A DNA stretch of 63,788 nt, filler included, from Guillardia theta CCMP2712 (Eukaryota > Protista > Cryptophyta), in the NCBI RefSeq assembly GCF_000315625.1. It is 7 parts of 7 records of this genome, joined end to end, with 100 filler letters (N's around TTAATTAATTAA, not from the genome) between each part and the next. Parts side by side here need not be neighbours in the genome. Positions count along the whole stretch, not along the records: positions 36,606 to 45,992 come from NW_005434267.1; positions 46,093 to 53,736 come from NW_005434599.1; positions 53,837 to 58,820 come from NW_005434180.1; 4 more parts are not named here. One strand, written 5' to 3'. A model generated the notes under the pieces. It had not been told where the DNA came from, made no database searches, and worked only from the letters and a program-made list of their open reading frames with translations. Below are positions 44,296 to 55,868 of this stretch, in pieces (position 1 is the first letter of the stretch; each line of letters begins with the position of its first letter). The translations under genes were made by a program, and so were the position numbers.

Positions 44296-44829
44296 ATGAA
44301 TCAGGAAGACCCGAACGCTCGCAAGAGGAACGTACTCAATGATGAGATAGCACACTACATATACTCTTGCCGCGCTCAAGGCTCTGCGAAGCCGCTCGTC
44401 TCCAGCAGCGAGTTATCCCTTCGCTATGGCATCACACCAAAGGCAATCCGAGACATCTGGAGGAGGAGGACCTGGGTGCAAGCTACACAGTCGCTCTGGA
44501 CGAGGGCTGAAAGAGATGACTACAACAGGAGAGAGCACAGTGAGGCGATGTCGTCCGACTCCAAGGGTAGGGATAGCAGGGGAGGAGCCAAAACGAGCAA
44601 AAGAGAGACTACGGTGCAGGTAGAAATCCGTCCTGTGTCGGGAGCGGCGTCATGGCAAGGATCTGTACAAGACGAAGTCTCCAAGTCCAAGGCGCCGTCA
44701 GAGCTAGGAGGAGGCGTGCCTGACAGCACGAGCAGGGATACTTCGCAAGCGGAGGGAACACGCGAGAACTCGTGGAACGAGGGGTGGCTCACTGACACCA
44801 GTATCATCAGCAAGTTCCTGGAGCCCTAG
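44296..44829 (+). CDS. Small helix-turn-helix putative DNA-binding protein, copy 2
   Basis: LNDEIAHYIY..SSSELSLRYGITPKAIRDIWRRRTW; ATG at 44296; clear paralog of 40648-41199. Confidence 0.8.
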   Translation: MNQEDPNARKRNVLNDEIAHYIYSCRAQGSAKPLVSSSELSLRYGITPKAIRDIWRRRTWVQATQSLWTRAERDDYNRREHSEAMSSDSKGRDSRGGAKTSKRETTVQVEIRPVSGAASWQGSVQDEVSKSKAPSELGGGVPDSTSRDTSQAEGTRENSWNEGWLTDTSIISKFLEP

Positions 44830-46249
44830 ATTCAAACTGAAACGGACGGAGCGGTGCAAGTGTAAGGAAAGCTGAGATCGATGCTGGATGTCCCGTGGAG
44901 AAATCAACTCACCCTGCCACCTCAAGGTTACCTTGCTCTCGAACACAGGTTGGCACTCGCAGGCCGATCGGACTCGACAAGGAACGAAGATAGTGTATAC
45001 TTATGAACCCGGTCAACCTTCCAAAACACGGGGTGGATCGTGGGCAGAACGCTAGCTCCTAGAGCCAAACGTGCGTCGTTGATGCTACACACGTGCCATT
45101 GCTACTCTGGAACAAACAGGTCGCTCTCCTTGAGCAACATCATTGTTGTCTCAATTGCTTGCTTGTATGATGGAGCCGTGTTATCTGAATATGCCCGATG
45201 GATTTCGCTCAGGACGTCAACGAGCAAGTGCGAAGCAAGTGCGAGTCAAGTGCTGCTGGCTGATGCAGCTGATGTTATCCGGCTGTGGTTGGGTGCGTGT
45301 CGACAACGAGGATCGTTGAATATCGCGCAATGAAGTTGGTAGAATAAGTGAACGTGGAAGTTTACCCAGCGCAGTGAGAGTTTTGCAACAGAAGAGGCGG
45401 TTTGATGTAGAAAGTCAAAAAGATGCATCAATACAGGAAAGACGAAGGAGGATGGCAATGATAAGAAACAACATGAATGCACGAAACTGGATAGATAAAC
45501 TTGTTTTGATTGTTTCCTTTGGACCTGATCCGTTTAGTTGATCTACAACTGTTTTTCTCGCTTCATTTCATCATCCTTTGTCCGTTTAATTCCGTCCGTA
45601 GCGTAAGAACAAATGATGGAGCCTGCTAGAATGACTTTCTGTCGGTCATGTGGAGACGCACAGAGATTTTGTGATGGTCTTGCTCTAAGAACAGGAAAGT
45701 TGCAACGGCATCGTCTCGAATTCTCTGCAAACACGTGCAGAAGGAATTCGATGCAATTTCAATTTCAAGAGGCTTCTTGTAGCATTCATGCAGGTTGCTG
45801 GGCTGCCTGGTTTCGTTTTCTCGTCAGGAGGATGGAGGGGTTGTCCTGTTCTTCTGTTCGGTTCCAAGCGCTGCCGATGGAGGCGCTTGCTCGTAAAACT
45901 GGCCAATGACGATGCTTGTTGTTGGTGTACCCTTCCATACAGCATGCTCGAGCGAAAGCCTTGGCTTATCAACATGCTGTGTCCGGATTCGTNNNNNNNN
46001 NNNNNNNNNNNNNNNNNNNNNNNNNNNNNNNNNNNNTTAATTAATTAANNNNNNNNNNNNNNNNNNNNNNNNNNNNNNNNNNNNNNNNNNNNCCTCCTCC
46101 CTCCTCCCTCCTCCCTCCTCCCTCCTCCCTCCTCCCTCCTCCCCTCCCCTCCCTCCTCCCTCCTCCCTCCTCCCCCCCCTCCCTCTCCCTCTCCCTCTCC
46201 CTCTCCCTTTTACTCCTCCTCATTTATGTATTCCGTGAACATTTCTACC

Positions 46250-47462
46250 TGCAGCAATGCTGGAGGATCGTTCCTCCGAGAGTCTACAGGAGAGCAGGTG
46301 CGGCTGCTGCTTCCCTTCTTCGCGCCATCACTTCCTCTAGCAGATATCTCCGCGGCTGAGGAGGAAGCCACTGAAACGGTGGATGCGGTGATGGATGTCT
46401 GCCTTTCCGCCCTGGAAGATGAAGAGGAGGAGGAGGAGGAGGAGGAGGAGGAGGAGCTGTCGGTGACTTCAGAGATGCTCGACGCACAGGAAGACAGCGT
46501 GTCCGTTGCTCTCTACGACGAGTTCTTCTCCTTCCGTCCCCCCACTGCGTACGTTGAGAGCCCAAGAAGCGGGGAACCCATCGCTCTCTCCTGGCTGCGA
46601 CCCAAGACAAGTTCGCACTCGCTTCCTCCTCGCTCCTCCCCTGCCCTCCGCGTCTCTTTCCGCCCTGACACCTCTGCCATGGCGTCAGCGGGAGTGCTTC
46701 AGGGCAGCTCAGCTCTGGACCAGCAGATGTGGGAGGTGGAGCAGAAGGAGTCGCTTCCTCCTCTAGCTGGGAGGAGGAACCTGGAGCGGAGGGCCAAGAC
46801 AGCGTCGGAAGCATTCCTCGAGCTCCAGAAGACCCACGGGGCGATGAGGGCCGTAGATGTGGCAGGAGGAGAGCAGGAGGAGAGCTGGGCATGGGTCGAG
46901 GAACACAGGCCCGTCACGTCCTTGAGCAGGAGCAGGAACGTGGCCAGGGACCTGAAGAGACTTGAGGAGACGCTGACAAGGAAGGAGGCGGAGGGGAAAG
47001 AGCGCCGGATCGTGCTGCCGAAGCTGGGGGATGTGAACCTGAGGGGCCGAGGAGGATGGAGAGGGCGATGACAGGAGGGGCGAGGGAAGACAGATCAACG
47101 CGAGGAGAGAGGTCAATACGAACAGCAGGAGGCGAGGCAGATAAGCAGGAGCTCATCCTGGAGCAGCTCGTCACCCGATGGTGGCAGGATGACAGCAAGG
47201 TAAGAAAAAGGCAAAGAGAGGGGAGGGGAATGGAAGAGAGGAGGATGAAGCTCGGGGAGCAGGGCGAGAGGAGGAGGAGGAGGAGGAGGAGGAGGAGCTG
47301 ATTCTGTCGCAGGGGAAGGATGTTCCTCCTGACTGGGTGAAGTTCGTGGATGATGTGCCGCCGTCCCGGCATGCAAAGAGGATGAAGAGGCATCTATATG
47401 AGAGGGAGCGAGCAGCAAGGCTCAAGGAAATCATCCGACAAGAAGAGGGCGAAGTGAGATGA
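46250..47462 (+). CDS. Multi-exon hypothetical protein; 5' end probably in the gap
   Basis: ORF 46226-47071 plus downstream exons (ELILEQLVTRWWQDDSK; GKDVPPDWVKFVDDVPP) with splice signals. Confidence 0.4.
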
Positions 47463-47624
47463 GGAGAGAAAGAAAGACATCAAGGACTATTCTCGATGAG
47501 ACGATGCTGAGAATTTCATGCAACGTGTTGATGGCGTCTCTGCTGTATTTTGATGTAAAGGTGTAGAATAGGCGATGTGGCAAACCTTTCGGAAGAGTGC
47601 CAATTCATCCCTTCATTGACACGT

Positions 47625-48794
47625 CTAGTTCCCAAACTCTCTGCTAGAACTTCCGTAACTGCCCTTCCCATCGCCTCCCCCCCCCTTCCCTCCTCCTCCT
47701 CCTCCTCCTCCTCCTCCTCCTCCTCCTCCTCCTCCTCCTCCGTGGGAGTCCTTGGAGTAGAAGAGTTTTTTGGTGGCTCCTACACCTGTGAGCCGCAGCG
47801 GCTCTTCCTTCCTCTCCGACCAGTCAAGGATCAGGTTCCTCAGCGTCTTCTCAAAGTCTCGAGGCTCGAAGTCTTGCGCTCCTACAATCTCTGCTACTAG
47901 CGTCCGCTTCTTCCACACCTGAATGACATCAGAACTGATCCACTCGCTCTCGCTCTCGCTCTCCTCCTCATCTTCCACTTCCTCTCCCTCCTACTCCTCT
48001 CCGTCCCCTCTTCATGCTGCTTCCCTGCTTCTCCACCCTCCTCCTGCTTCCGATCAACATTCCCTGATCCTCCCGCTGCCCTTGCCACTTACCATCTCCC
48101 CACCCCCACCACAGCCTCCTTCCTGCTCTTCCTCCTCACTCCTCCCTCTCTTGGACCTGGAAGGTAGGATACTTCTTGATTCCTATGGCGCTCTTCAACG
48201 TTCCTGACCCTGACTTGCCGTCGTTGTACTCAATGAGCAGCCCGTCCGCCTTGACGAACATGCAGCTGTCCATGAACTGGTGGGCCAGCTTCTTGAAGCG
48301 AGGCTGAGGAGACGAGAGCATGCAGAGCAGCCAAGTCAGCGACTCTCATGAACACAGATGATCCTCACCTCGAGGAACACGCAGACTCGGCACCACGAGG
48401 CATAGCAGTCGAGGACCAGCAGTTTGTCCATCGTTGCAGCTTGCATGAGGAGAGACTCGAACTCTGCTTCTTTGCTGATCTCTACCATGGGGGGAGGAGG
48501 AATCCCGTCATCCTTCTGTGGAGGAAGAAACCCCCACATCTGCATGGCGAGGTCGCCGGCTCCTCTTCCCCTGTGCGGGGAAGTTCGAGGGAGGTGCTTG
48601 GGACAAGGATCGTAGAAGTTTCTAGATCTTACGATCGAGAGCCCCTGCACGAAGCATGATCTTACCATTGGCTGCATCATACCCTTCTCTATCCTGCACT
48701 CCCTTCTTCCTCCTCCTGCTCCTCCGTTCTCCCAGCATGCTGAACCCTCAGCGGCGGCTGCCGCCATCGCCACAAGAAGCGCTGCTGTGCGCAT
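47625..48794 (-). CDS. Atypical thioredoxin (WCRVC active site) with a bipartite plastid-type presequence, 3 exons
   Basis: Signal peptide MRTAALLVAMAAAAAEG. Exons read LLVLDCYASWCRVCVFLE / PRFKKLA..FVKAD..GIKKYPTFQ / VWKKRTLVAEIVG. Confidence 0.85.
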
Positions 48795-49078
48795 CGCTGC
48801 TCTGATTGGTGTCCCTCATCCCTCCTCAACCCGTTCGTACTCATGAAAGAACCGAAGGACAGCAAACTTGTAGTATTGATCTCAATAGGAATATTTTGCT
48901 GCCCCCTGACCCCCGATCCGTCTAGACGTGGACATGCTGGTGGACATGACAGAGGGGAGGGAGGAGGAGGGAGGAAGACGCTAGGAAGCGAAAATGCAGA
49001 TGTTCTGAGCTGTTCTAGAACTCTGTACGGAGACCAGTCTGCCTCTTCCCTCATCTATCCCCACTCTCCCTCCTCGCC

Positions 49079-52000
49079 ATGTCCTCCCTTCGTGCTCTGC
49101 TCCTGTACGCTCCGATACTCCTCCTTCTAGTGCCCTCGGCGCACTGCCAGGGTCGACGTCTCTTCATATCCATAGGCAGCGACGACTGGGGGAGATGGTC
49201 AAACAGCCTTCCCGTCTGGCCTGACATGGAGTCAAGGAAGTCCGCCATGATGAACTTGGGTTGGCCCTCAGGAGGGGAGCCGATGTTGAGTACAGTCGAG
49301 GAGGAGGAGGACTTGCAGGATCTACATGAGATGCTGTCAGAGCTGAACAGAAACGTTGAGAGGCGACTCCAAGTCGTCCTCACGCCTTTCTGGGTGGTCG
49401 GAGGGCCCGACTTTGAAGGGATGAGGAGAACAGGTTGCCCTGACATGCCGACGTGCGAGTACAGAGAGCTGTTCTGGCACAACTCGACGGGGGGGCATGC
49501 ACGTAGTCCATACAACAGGTGAGAAGGAGAATGGAGGAAACGTGCTGGGAGAAAATGAAGGAGATGCGATTAAAGAGGATGAAGGAGATGCGATCGACAC
49601 GTAGCAATCCCCCACACTGACCCGTAGTCGCAGGGGAGATCTTCGCAGTTCTTTCCTCAGGCTCTTCTTGGATGGGCTGTGGCATCCGGAGTACCACGGG
49701 CGCTCGCACTTCGACACGAGAGCATGGGTACAGTACCTACGAGAGGGCGATAAGTTCTCCAGGTACGTGCAGCGACCCGCTCACTTCCCCTGCCTCTGGT
49801 TGGTGACGCTGGTTTCAGGTTCTACTTCGAGCAAGGGATGGTGTTCTACGACCTGTCGCCGCGCAGGGAGGGCGGCGGCAACAGCAGCCACAGCCTTCAC
49901 TGCGAGTACATGGCGGACGACGTGAGGTTTCAGAAGTCAGAGGAGGAGCTGGGGGAGTGGGTGAGGGAGGGGATGGAGTCCTTCCGTTCCTTCTGGGGAT
50001 ACAGGTCCAGGGTGACCTCCGTGCCCACACACCATGCTCCCTCTTCAGTCGGAGCGATCTTGGCGGAGGAGGGGATCTTGGCGGTGGAGGGGAACGAGCT
50101 TGACTTCGTGGACACCATCGAGAGGGAGGAAGTGGACCTGGACAGCTGGTGGCAGCTCGGGGGAGCAGAGGCGGTGAAGAGGAAGGGGGAAGAGATCAGA
50201 GCAAGGCTGAGGAGGGTGCTCGAGGAGAGGGACTTCGTGTCTCTGCAGTGGCATGCGCAGAACGCGATGAGCAAGACGTACCCAGAAGAAGCAAGGCTGC
50301 TGCTGCGGGGGGAGCTGGTGAAGACCGTAGAGTTCATCAGGAGGGAATTCCCCGAGACAGTGTTCGTTACGGCAGGGGAGCTGGCGGAGCTGAAGATGCG
50401 AGGATGGTCGACAGAGTGCTGGCACCGCAAAGTGCTCCTAAGGAACTACCTCCCTCACTCGCTCACGTGGAGGGTACCGAAGTTGTCCAGCCTCTGTGCT
50501 GATCAGTTCGGAGCGGAGGAGGAGGGGCTGGTGCTGGAGTCTGTTGCCGGGCCAAATCCTCCTCTGCGCAAGACTGTGCGGGAAGGAGAGGTTGTGGAGC
50601 TGATACCAGACGCGGAGTATGTGTTGATGGCGGCGGCTGCGGAGGAGGAGCAGGAGAAGGAGCAGGAGGATCCAGGTAAGGGCAGGAGCGGTCCTTTCAT
50701 ACTCGGACCTTCGTGATGTTCTCTGTTAGGAGCAAGAGGGTTGACCAGTGCGGCAGTGGAGCAGGAGGATGAGGGAGGGAGGGAGGAAGCAGCGAAGGAG
50801 GAGGAAGAAGAAAACGGGGAGGGAGAAATTGACGAGGCGACTGCCCTCTACTACTCAAAGATCTACGGTGAGAATGCCAAGGGGGCAAGATAAGTAAGGG
50901 AGGGGGCAGGGGGGGAAGGGGAAGAGGGGGGAGAGCAGAGCGAAGAGAACAGAGGAAAGGAAGGGAAATATGGAGAAAGGAGGAGTAGTTGAGGAAGGGA
51001 AAGGAGAGGGGGGAGGGAAATGAGGTAAGGAACGGAGAGAGGAGGAGGAGGGAACTTGCGAGTCGGAGAGTGGGGATGAGAAATCTCAATTGATCCCCCG
51101 GGCAGGAGACAGCCGGCACGTGCAGCTGCTCTTGATGGAGAAGAAAACCTCTGACGTGATCGAGTTGGGTCGTGCACTGAAGAGACTCGTGGACAAAGAT
51201 CAGAGGGAAGCGCTGAAGGAAGCATGTCGCCGCTGCCGCAGGTGAGGAACGAGGAGGGAGGAAGATGCGGGAAGGAGGAGGGAGGAGGGAGGAGTCAATG
51301 TCAGGGCAGAAAGATGCGAGTCAGTGGGAGCACGAGCACGAGCACGAGCATGCGGGAGAGGTAGGGAGGAGGTTGAATTCTGATTTTCGGTCGCTCAGCT
51401 GCCGTACATGTCGAGGAAAGACTCTGGGGGATTTGAACGCAGAGGAGCTGCAAGAGGTGGATCCCCTCTCGCTTCCTCCTCTCTACACCTCCGAGCTCTT
51501 CGAGGAAGGAGCCTGGCAGGATCGCGTGGCGAGGAGAGCGAACGCAACGGTGGAGGAGGTGGAGATAATCTTCCTCTCCCCCAGGTTCGGCGACGTGCTT
51601 CGTGAGCCAGCTACCATCGAGGTTCTCATCAACGGCTATGACTTTGACAGCCAAGGAGGATACGCCGTCCTTGCAGCAGGGGGCCAGCAGGTGCTGGCCT
51701 GGCAGGGGAGCATGCTGCAGACTGTTCTCTTCGGGACGAGGAATCACGTGCCGCAGCTGCTCCTCGTCGCTCTCATGAACAAGGAAGGAAGACCCCTGGG
51801 GGTCACCAACAGCCTCGTCTACTGGGAGACTGACCTCCCCTCTCCTCCCTCCCCTCTCCCCAAGTCCACCGTCAACGCCTCCTCCCACCACTCTCCTCCT
51901 TGGAGGGCCGGCGATCCCTTCCCCCCACAGCGCGCAGGGAGGGTCTCGGCTCCGAACGTCCGAGCTCCCGAGGGGAGGAGGGTCGCGCTAGTGATCACAT

Positions 52001-53550
52001 CCTGTGTTGCAGTGGACGGGAGGCTGACGCTACTGGAGGAGACGGTCGTGTCGTTCCTGCATGCCAACACGTATCCTATCGACCGCTACATCCTCATCGA
52101 CGACTCTGGGGATGAAGTTGTTCATGCTCGACTGCTGGCACTGTTCGGCGATCTGTTCCACGTGCTGCTGAATCGGCGGGGGAGGACGGGCATGACGTTC
52201 AGCATCGACTCGGCGTACGGGATTGCAGAAGTAGACTACATCTTCCACTGCCAGGACGACTGGCTGTTTCACTCCAAGGTAAATTGAGATGGCAGAATCA
52301 GGATGAGGAAGAGGAGAGGAGAGGAAGAGGCAGGGGGGCAGGTGGCAGGAGGGATAGAGGGGAAGGAAAGCAGAAGGAGGAGAAATTGAGATGCTTGACG
52401 GGCAGCAAGAGGAAATGGGGTTTGTAGGGCAGGGAGAGAGCACAGACAACAAGGTCGAGGAACAGGTCGAGGAACAGGGCGAGGTCGAGGAACAGGACGA
52501 GGACGAGGAACAGGACGAGGACGAGGAACGGGACGAGGACGAGGACGAGGACGAGAGAGATGGATGGGTCTGACTCTTTGTGTCAGGGAGATTTCGTGCG
52601 GCAGTCGATCGAGATCCTAGAGCATGACCCGGATATCTTCGTCGTGTGGTGCAGAGATCATCGCGATCATGACCTTCCTCTCGGTTTCCTCCAGCACACT
52701 GCATCCGGGGTCCCCTACCGACAGTCAGTCCCCTTCCTTCTCCCCCTCCCCATCCTCCTACTGCTACTTCCTCCTCTTCCCCTTCCTCTTCCCCTTCCTC
52801 TTCCTCTTCCTCTTCCTCTTCCTCTTCCTCTTCCTCTTCCTCTTCCTCTTCCTCTTCCTCTTCCTCTTCCTCTTCCTCTTCCTTGACCACCGCCACCACC
52901 ACGGTTTCCTCGTTATCCTCCCCACGCCCCACCCTTTCCTCTTCCTCCTTGTTTTCCTTCTTGCTTTCCTCCTCGTCCTGTAGCCTGACGCTCACCTCTC
53001 AGGGTTCTTCCGCTCCACAGGTGGAAGGGTTTCACTTTCAATCCCGGGCTGAGGAGGAAGTCTGACTACGAGGCCATGGCTCCCATACAGCGCTACTGGT
53101 TCGAGGACTACGTGCAGGTCAGCGCTCGGGGAGGGGAGAGGAGGAGAGGAGGAGAGATGAACCGAGAGTAAGAGAAGAGGGAGAGGGGGAGAGTCAGAGA
53201 GGGAGAGAGAAGAGGAGGCGGGAAGAAGGGGAGGGTGGGAGTTACACACAAGAGAGGAAGGGAAGCGGAAACGGAGAGCAAGGAATCAGGTCAAGGCAGA
53301 AGAGAACAGAGGCCATGCCGCTCCTCTAGTAGCAGGATGAGCAGCAGGGGCAGGGACAGGGGCAGGAGGAGGAGAAGGAGCTGACGAGGACGGGCAGGGG
53401 TACATGAGATGGATGGGACAGTACGGGGCGTCACTGGTGGAAGGCTGGACGAGGCATACAGGAGAGCATCATTCGACCAAACCCTCGTACCAGGCAGCGA
53501 ACGAGGAACTTGCCCGCAACAAGATGAAGAAGAATCCTTCTTCCACCTAA
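49079..53550 (+). CDS. Single spliced gene: signal peptide, polysaccharide deacetylase/GH57-like domain, Cys-rich linker and GT-A (GT2-like) glycosyltransferase
   Basis: Exons 49079-49518, 49634-~49762, ~49819-50675, 50730-50867, 51106-51241, 51399-52278, 52587-~52723, ~53002-~53118 and ~53398-53550 join in compatible phases. Motifs: SDDWG, HPEYHGRSHF, ITSC..R..LL..T..SF..N.YPI...I.IDDSG, YIFHCQDDW and WKGFTFNPGLRRKSDY. Confidence 0.75.
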
Positions 53551-55384
53551 CCCCCCAGTCTCTTCATCCTAACCCCCCAGTCTCTTCATCCCAACTCCCC
53601 AGTCTCTTCCTCCTCCTTATCGCCCCATCCTCCCCGCTCTTCCCTCTCTCGAAAGCTCCTCTTTCCTCCTCCTCCTGACCAACCTTGCCCTTCTCTTTTC
53701 CCTCGTGTCTAGTTCGTTGGCTTCTTTCAACCACCTNNNNNNNNNNNNNNNNNNNNNNNNNNNNNNNNNNNNNNNNNNNNTTAATTAATTAANNNNNNNN
53801 NNNNNNNNNNNNNNNNNNNNNNNNNNNNNNNNNNNNCTCCTCCTCCTCCTCCTCCATCATCTCCATCATCATCATCTCCATCATCATCATCTCCATCATC
53901 ATCATCTCCATCATCATCATCATCTCCATCTCCATTCACTCATTCTTCTCCTCCTCCATCATCACCTGGCCGTGACGCCATGATCTATCCCCCTGTACAG
54001 CATCCTGCAACCGAGAACACAACCGACTTGTCAAGACCTTCAGCAGCCGCCACCGTCTGCTCACCTCACAAACTCGTACTTGCCGCTCCCGCTCCTCCTC
54101 TCCCCGCTCGCGCTCATTTTCCTGCTCGAGTGGACGCTCTTTGCACTTTGTGAAGGGGCCGAGCTGTGCACAGACACGTCGTCCCTTGAGAATCTTGCCA
54201 TGTTGATGGTTGAAGCTCCGTCCCTCCTCCTCCACGTCCCGCTCCTCTTTATTTGAATATGCCTGCAGGAGCCAGGTGAGAAACATGAATATCAACACGA
54301 ACATGAACGTGAAGACGGTGCTCTATGTGTACGTTTGAGGCGTCCAAATGCACAATAAAGTAAGGATACATCTCTCCACCAGACTTGCTTCTTGTTGCCT
54401 CCCTTGGATAACATTGTGTTGTTCGTTGCATATCACTCTGACCACAGAATGAAAGATTGAAGTGAATCGTATTGAGGAGGAGAATCATGAAAACTCATAA
54501 ACAACTCCGTCTTGCACGCACATTGCCACTACTCCTTCCTTCTAATTCCCCTTCCACTCCGTCGCCATCATCATCTCTATCATCATCTCCATCCTCCTCC
54601 TCCTCCTCCTCCTCCTGCTCTTGCTCGCTCGCTCGCTCGCTCGCCCTGCCATCTCGCCATCTCGCCATTGTGCCCAACACTCGCTCAACGGTTCTTGCCC
54701 TCAGCCCTCCTATGACCATCCGGCCACACTCCGTCGCCAGCTCCGTCGCGTCCAGACGGTCCGACGTCCCGGCCGGCCCGGGCCGTCGCGCCTGCGTCCG
54801 TCGCGTCGGCCGGCCCGGCCGTGCCGCTGTGCAGTGACACCCGGCCCTGGCACCGGGCCCGGGGCCCGGCTGATTGTCTTCGTACTGATTTTTAATTGCA
54901 CTGAGTTAAGTAGCAGGATGATGATTTTTGACCTAACTTTAGGAGTAAAAATGGCGTCTGTCCCCCGTTGTACTGAGCCTAGGACGATCGGCCCCCCGCG
55001 CCCGGATGATCCTAGCAAACAGTCTATCTCTCATATGCTCCTCAATTCTGGTTTCGTGTGCATTAAACTCGGTCTTGAGCAAAAACTGTCAAGTAAGTTA
55101 CAACTAATTTAGTAAGGTCGACTCTGGTCTTTGGCATAGTACAAGTCTAATAAACTTGTGCTCCGTCATTGGACCGTCGGACTGTCGCCGCCGTGGCCCA
55201 CTGCCAGTCACTGAGTGAGCGGCTGTTCGGTTCGAGCCTGGCAGGTTTCAACGGTGCGGCCCGGGGCCGATCACGGATCGACCGGCCGGGCCGGACTCCG
55301 GGAATCTCAGTAGTCTGACTCGGACCGGAGTCCGATAGTCTCGTTTCCGTTCCCTACATTCCCGCCCGCGGGTCTGGATCTTAT

Positions 55385-55850
55385 AAGGGACCCCTGTTTC
55401 CCATAGGGTAGGTACCCCCCAGTGTACTTTCCCTATGAAAAGTTGGAAAGATGCTGGTGGGGGTGATGGGTAAAGGGGGTGGTTAAAAGGTGGGTCACAA
55501 CAAGGCACCACCCTACCCTCTTCAAATCCTGGACCTCCACCCCACATTTGATGACCCCACCTTCATCCCATTATCACCCTACCTTTTGACTGTCCCCCGG
55601 ACCCTTCGCTCAGTCACTCAAAACATCCCTACCTTCTGTACCCCTCACCCCCAAGTTTTCACTACCCTCTCGATCAAATCACCAATGCTTGATCATTACC
55701 CGTCTATTTTCGTCAGTTTGCATCCCAATATAGGGGTATATTTATACCCCACCACGCTCAAACCTCAAATTTGAAGTACCCACCCCTTCAGAAATCCATA
55801 CATACTACCACCACCCACTAAATTTCCACTTCTACCACCCTACCCCTGTT
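55385..55850. promoter_or_regulatory. TACCCC/GGGGTA motif block upstream of the starch synthase
   Basis: Dense TACCC/ACCCC words in both orientations lie immediately 5' of ATG 55869. Confidence 0.5.
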
Positions 55851-55868
55851 AGACTGATTAGCGCATCA

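Noticed and set aside
53936-54490. Possible minus-strand gene fragment next to a gap (similarly 18455-18790, 45100-45990 and 63180-63788)
   Set aside because: Plausibly coding but truncated, with no identifiable motif; not called.
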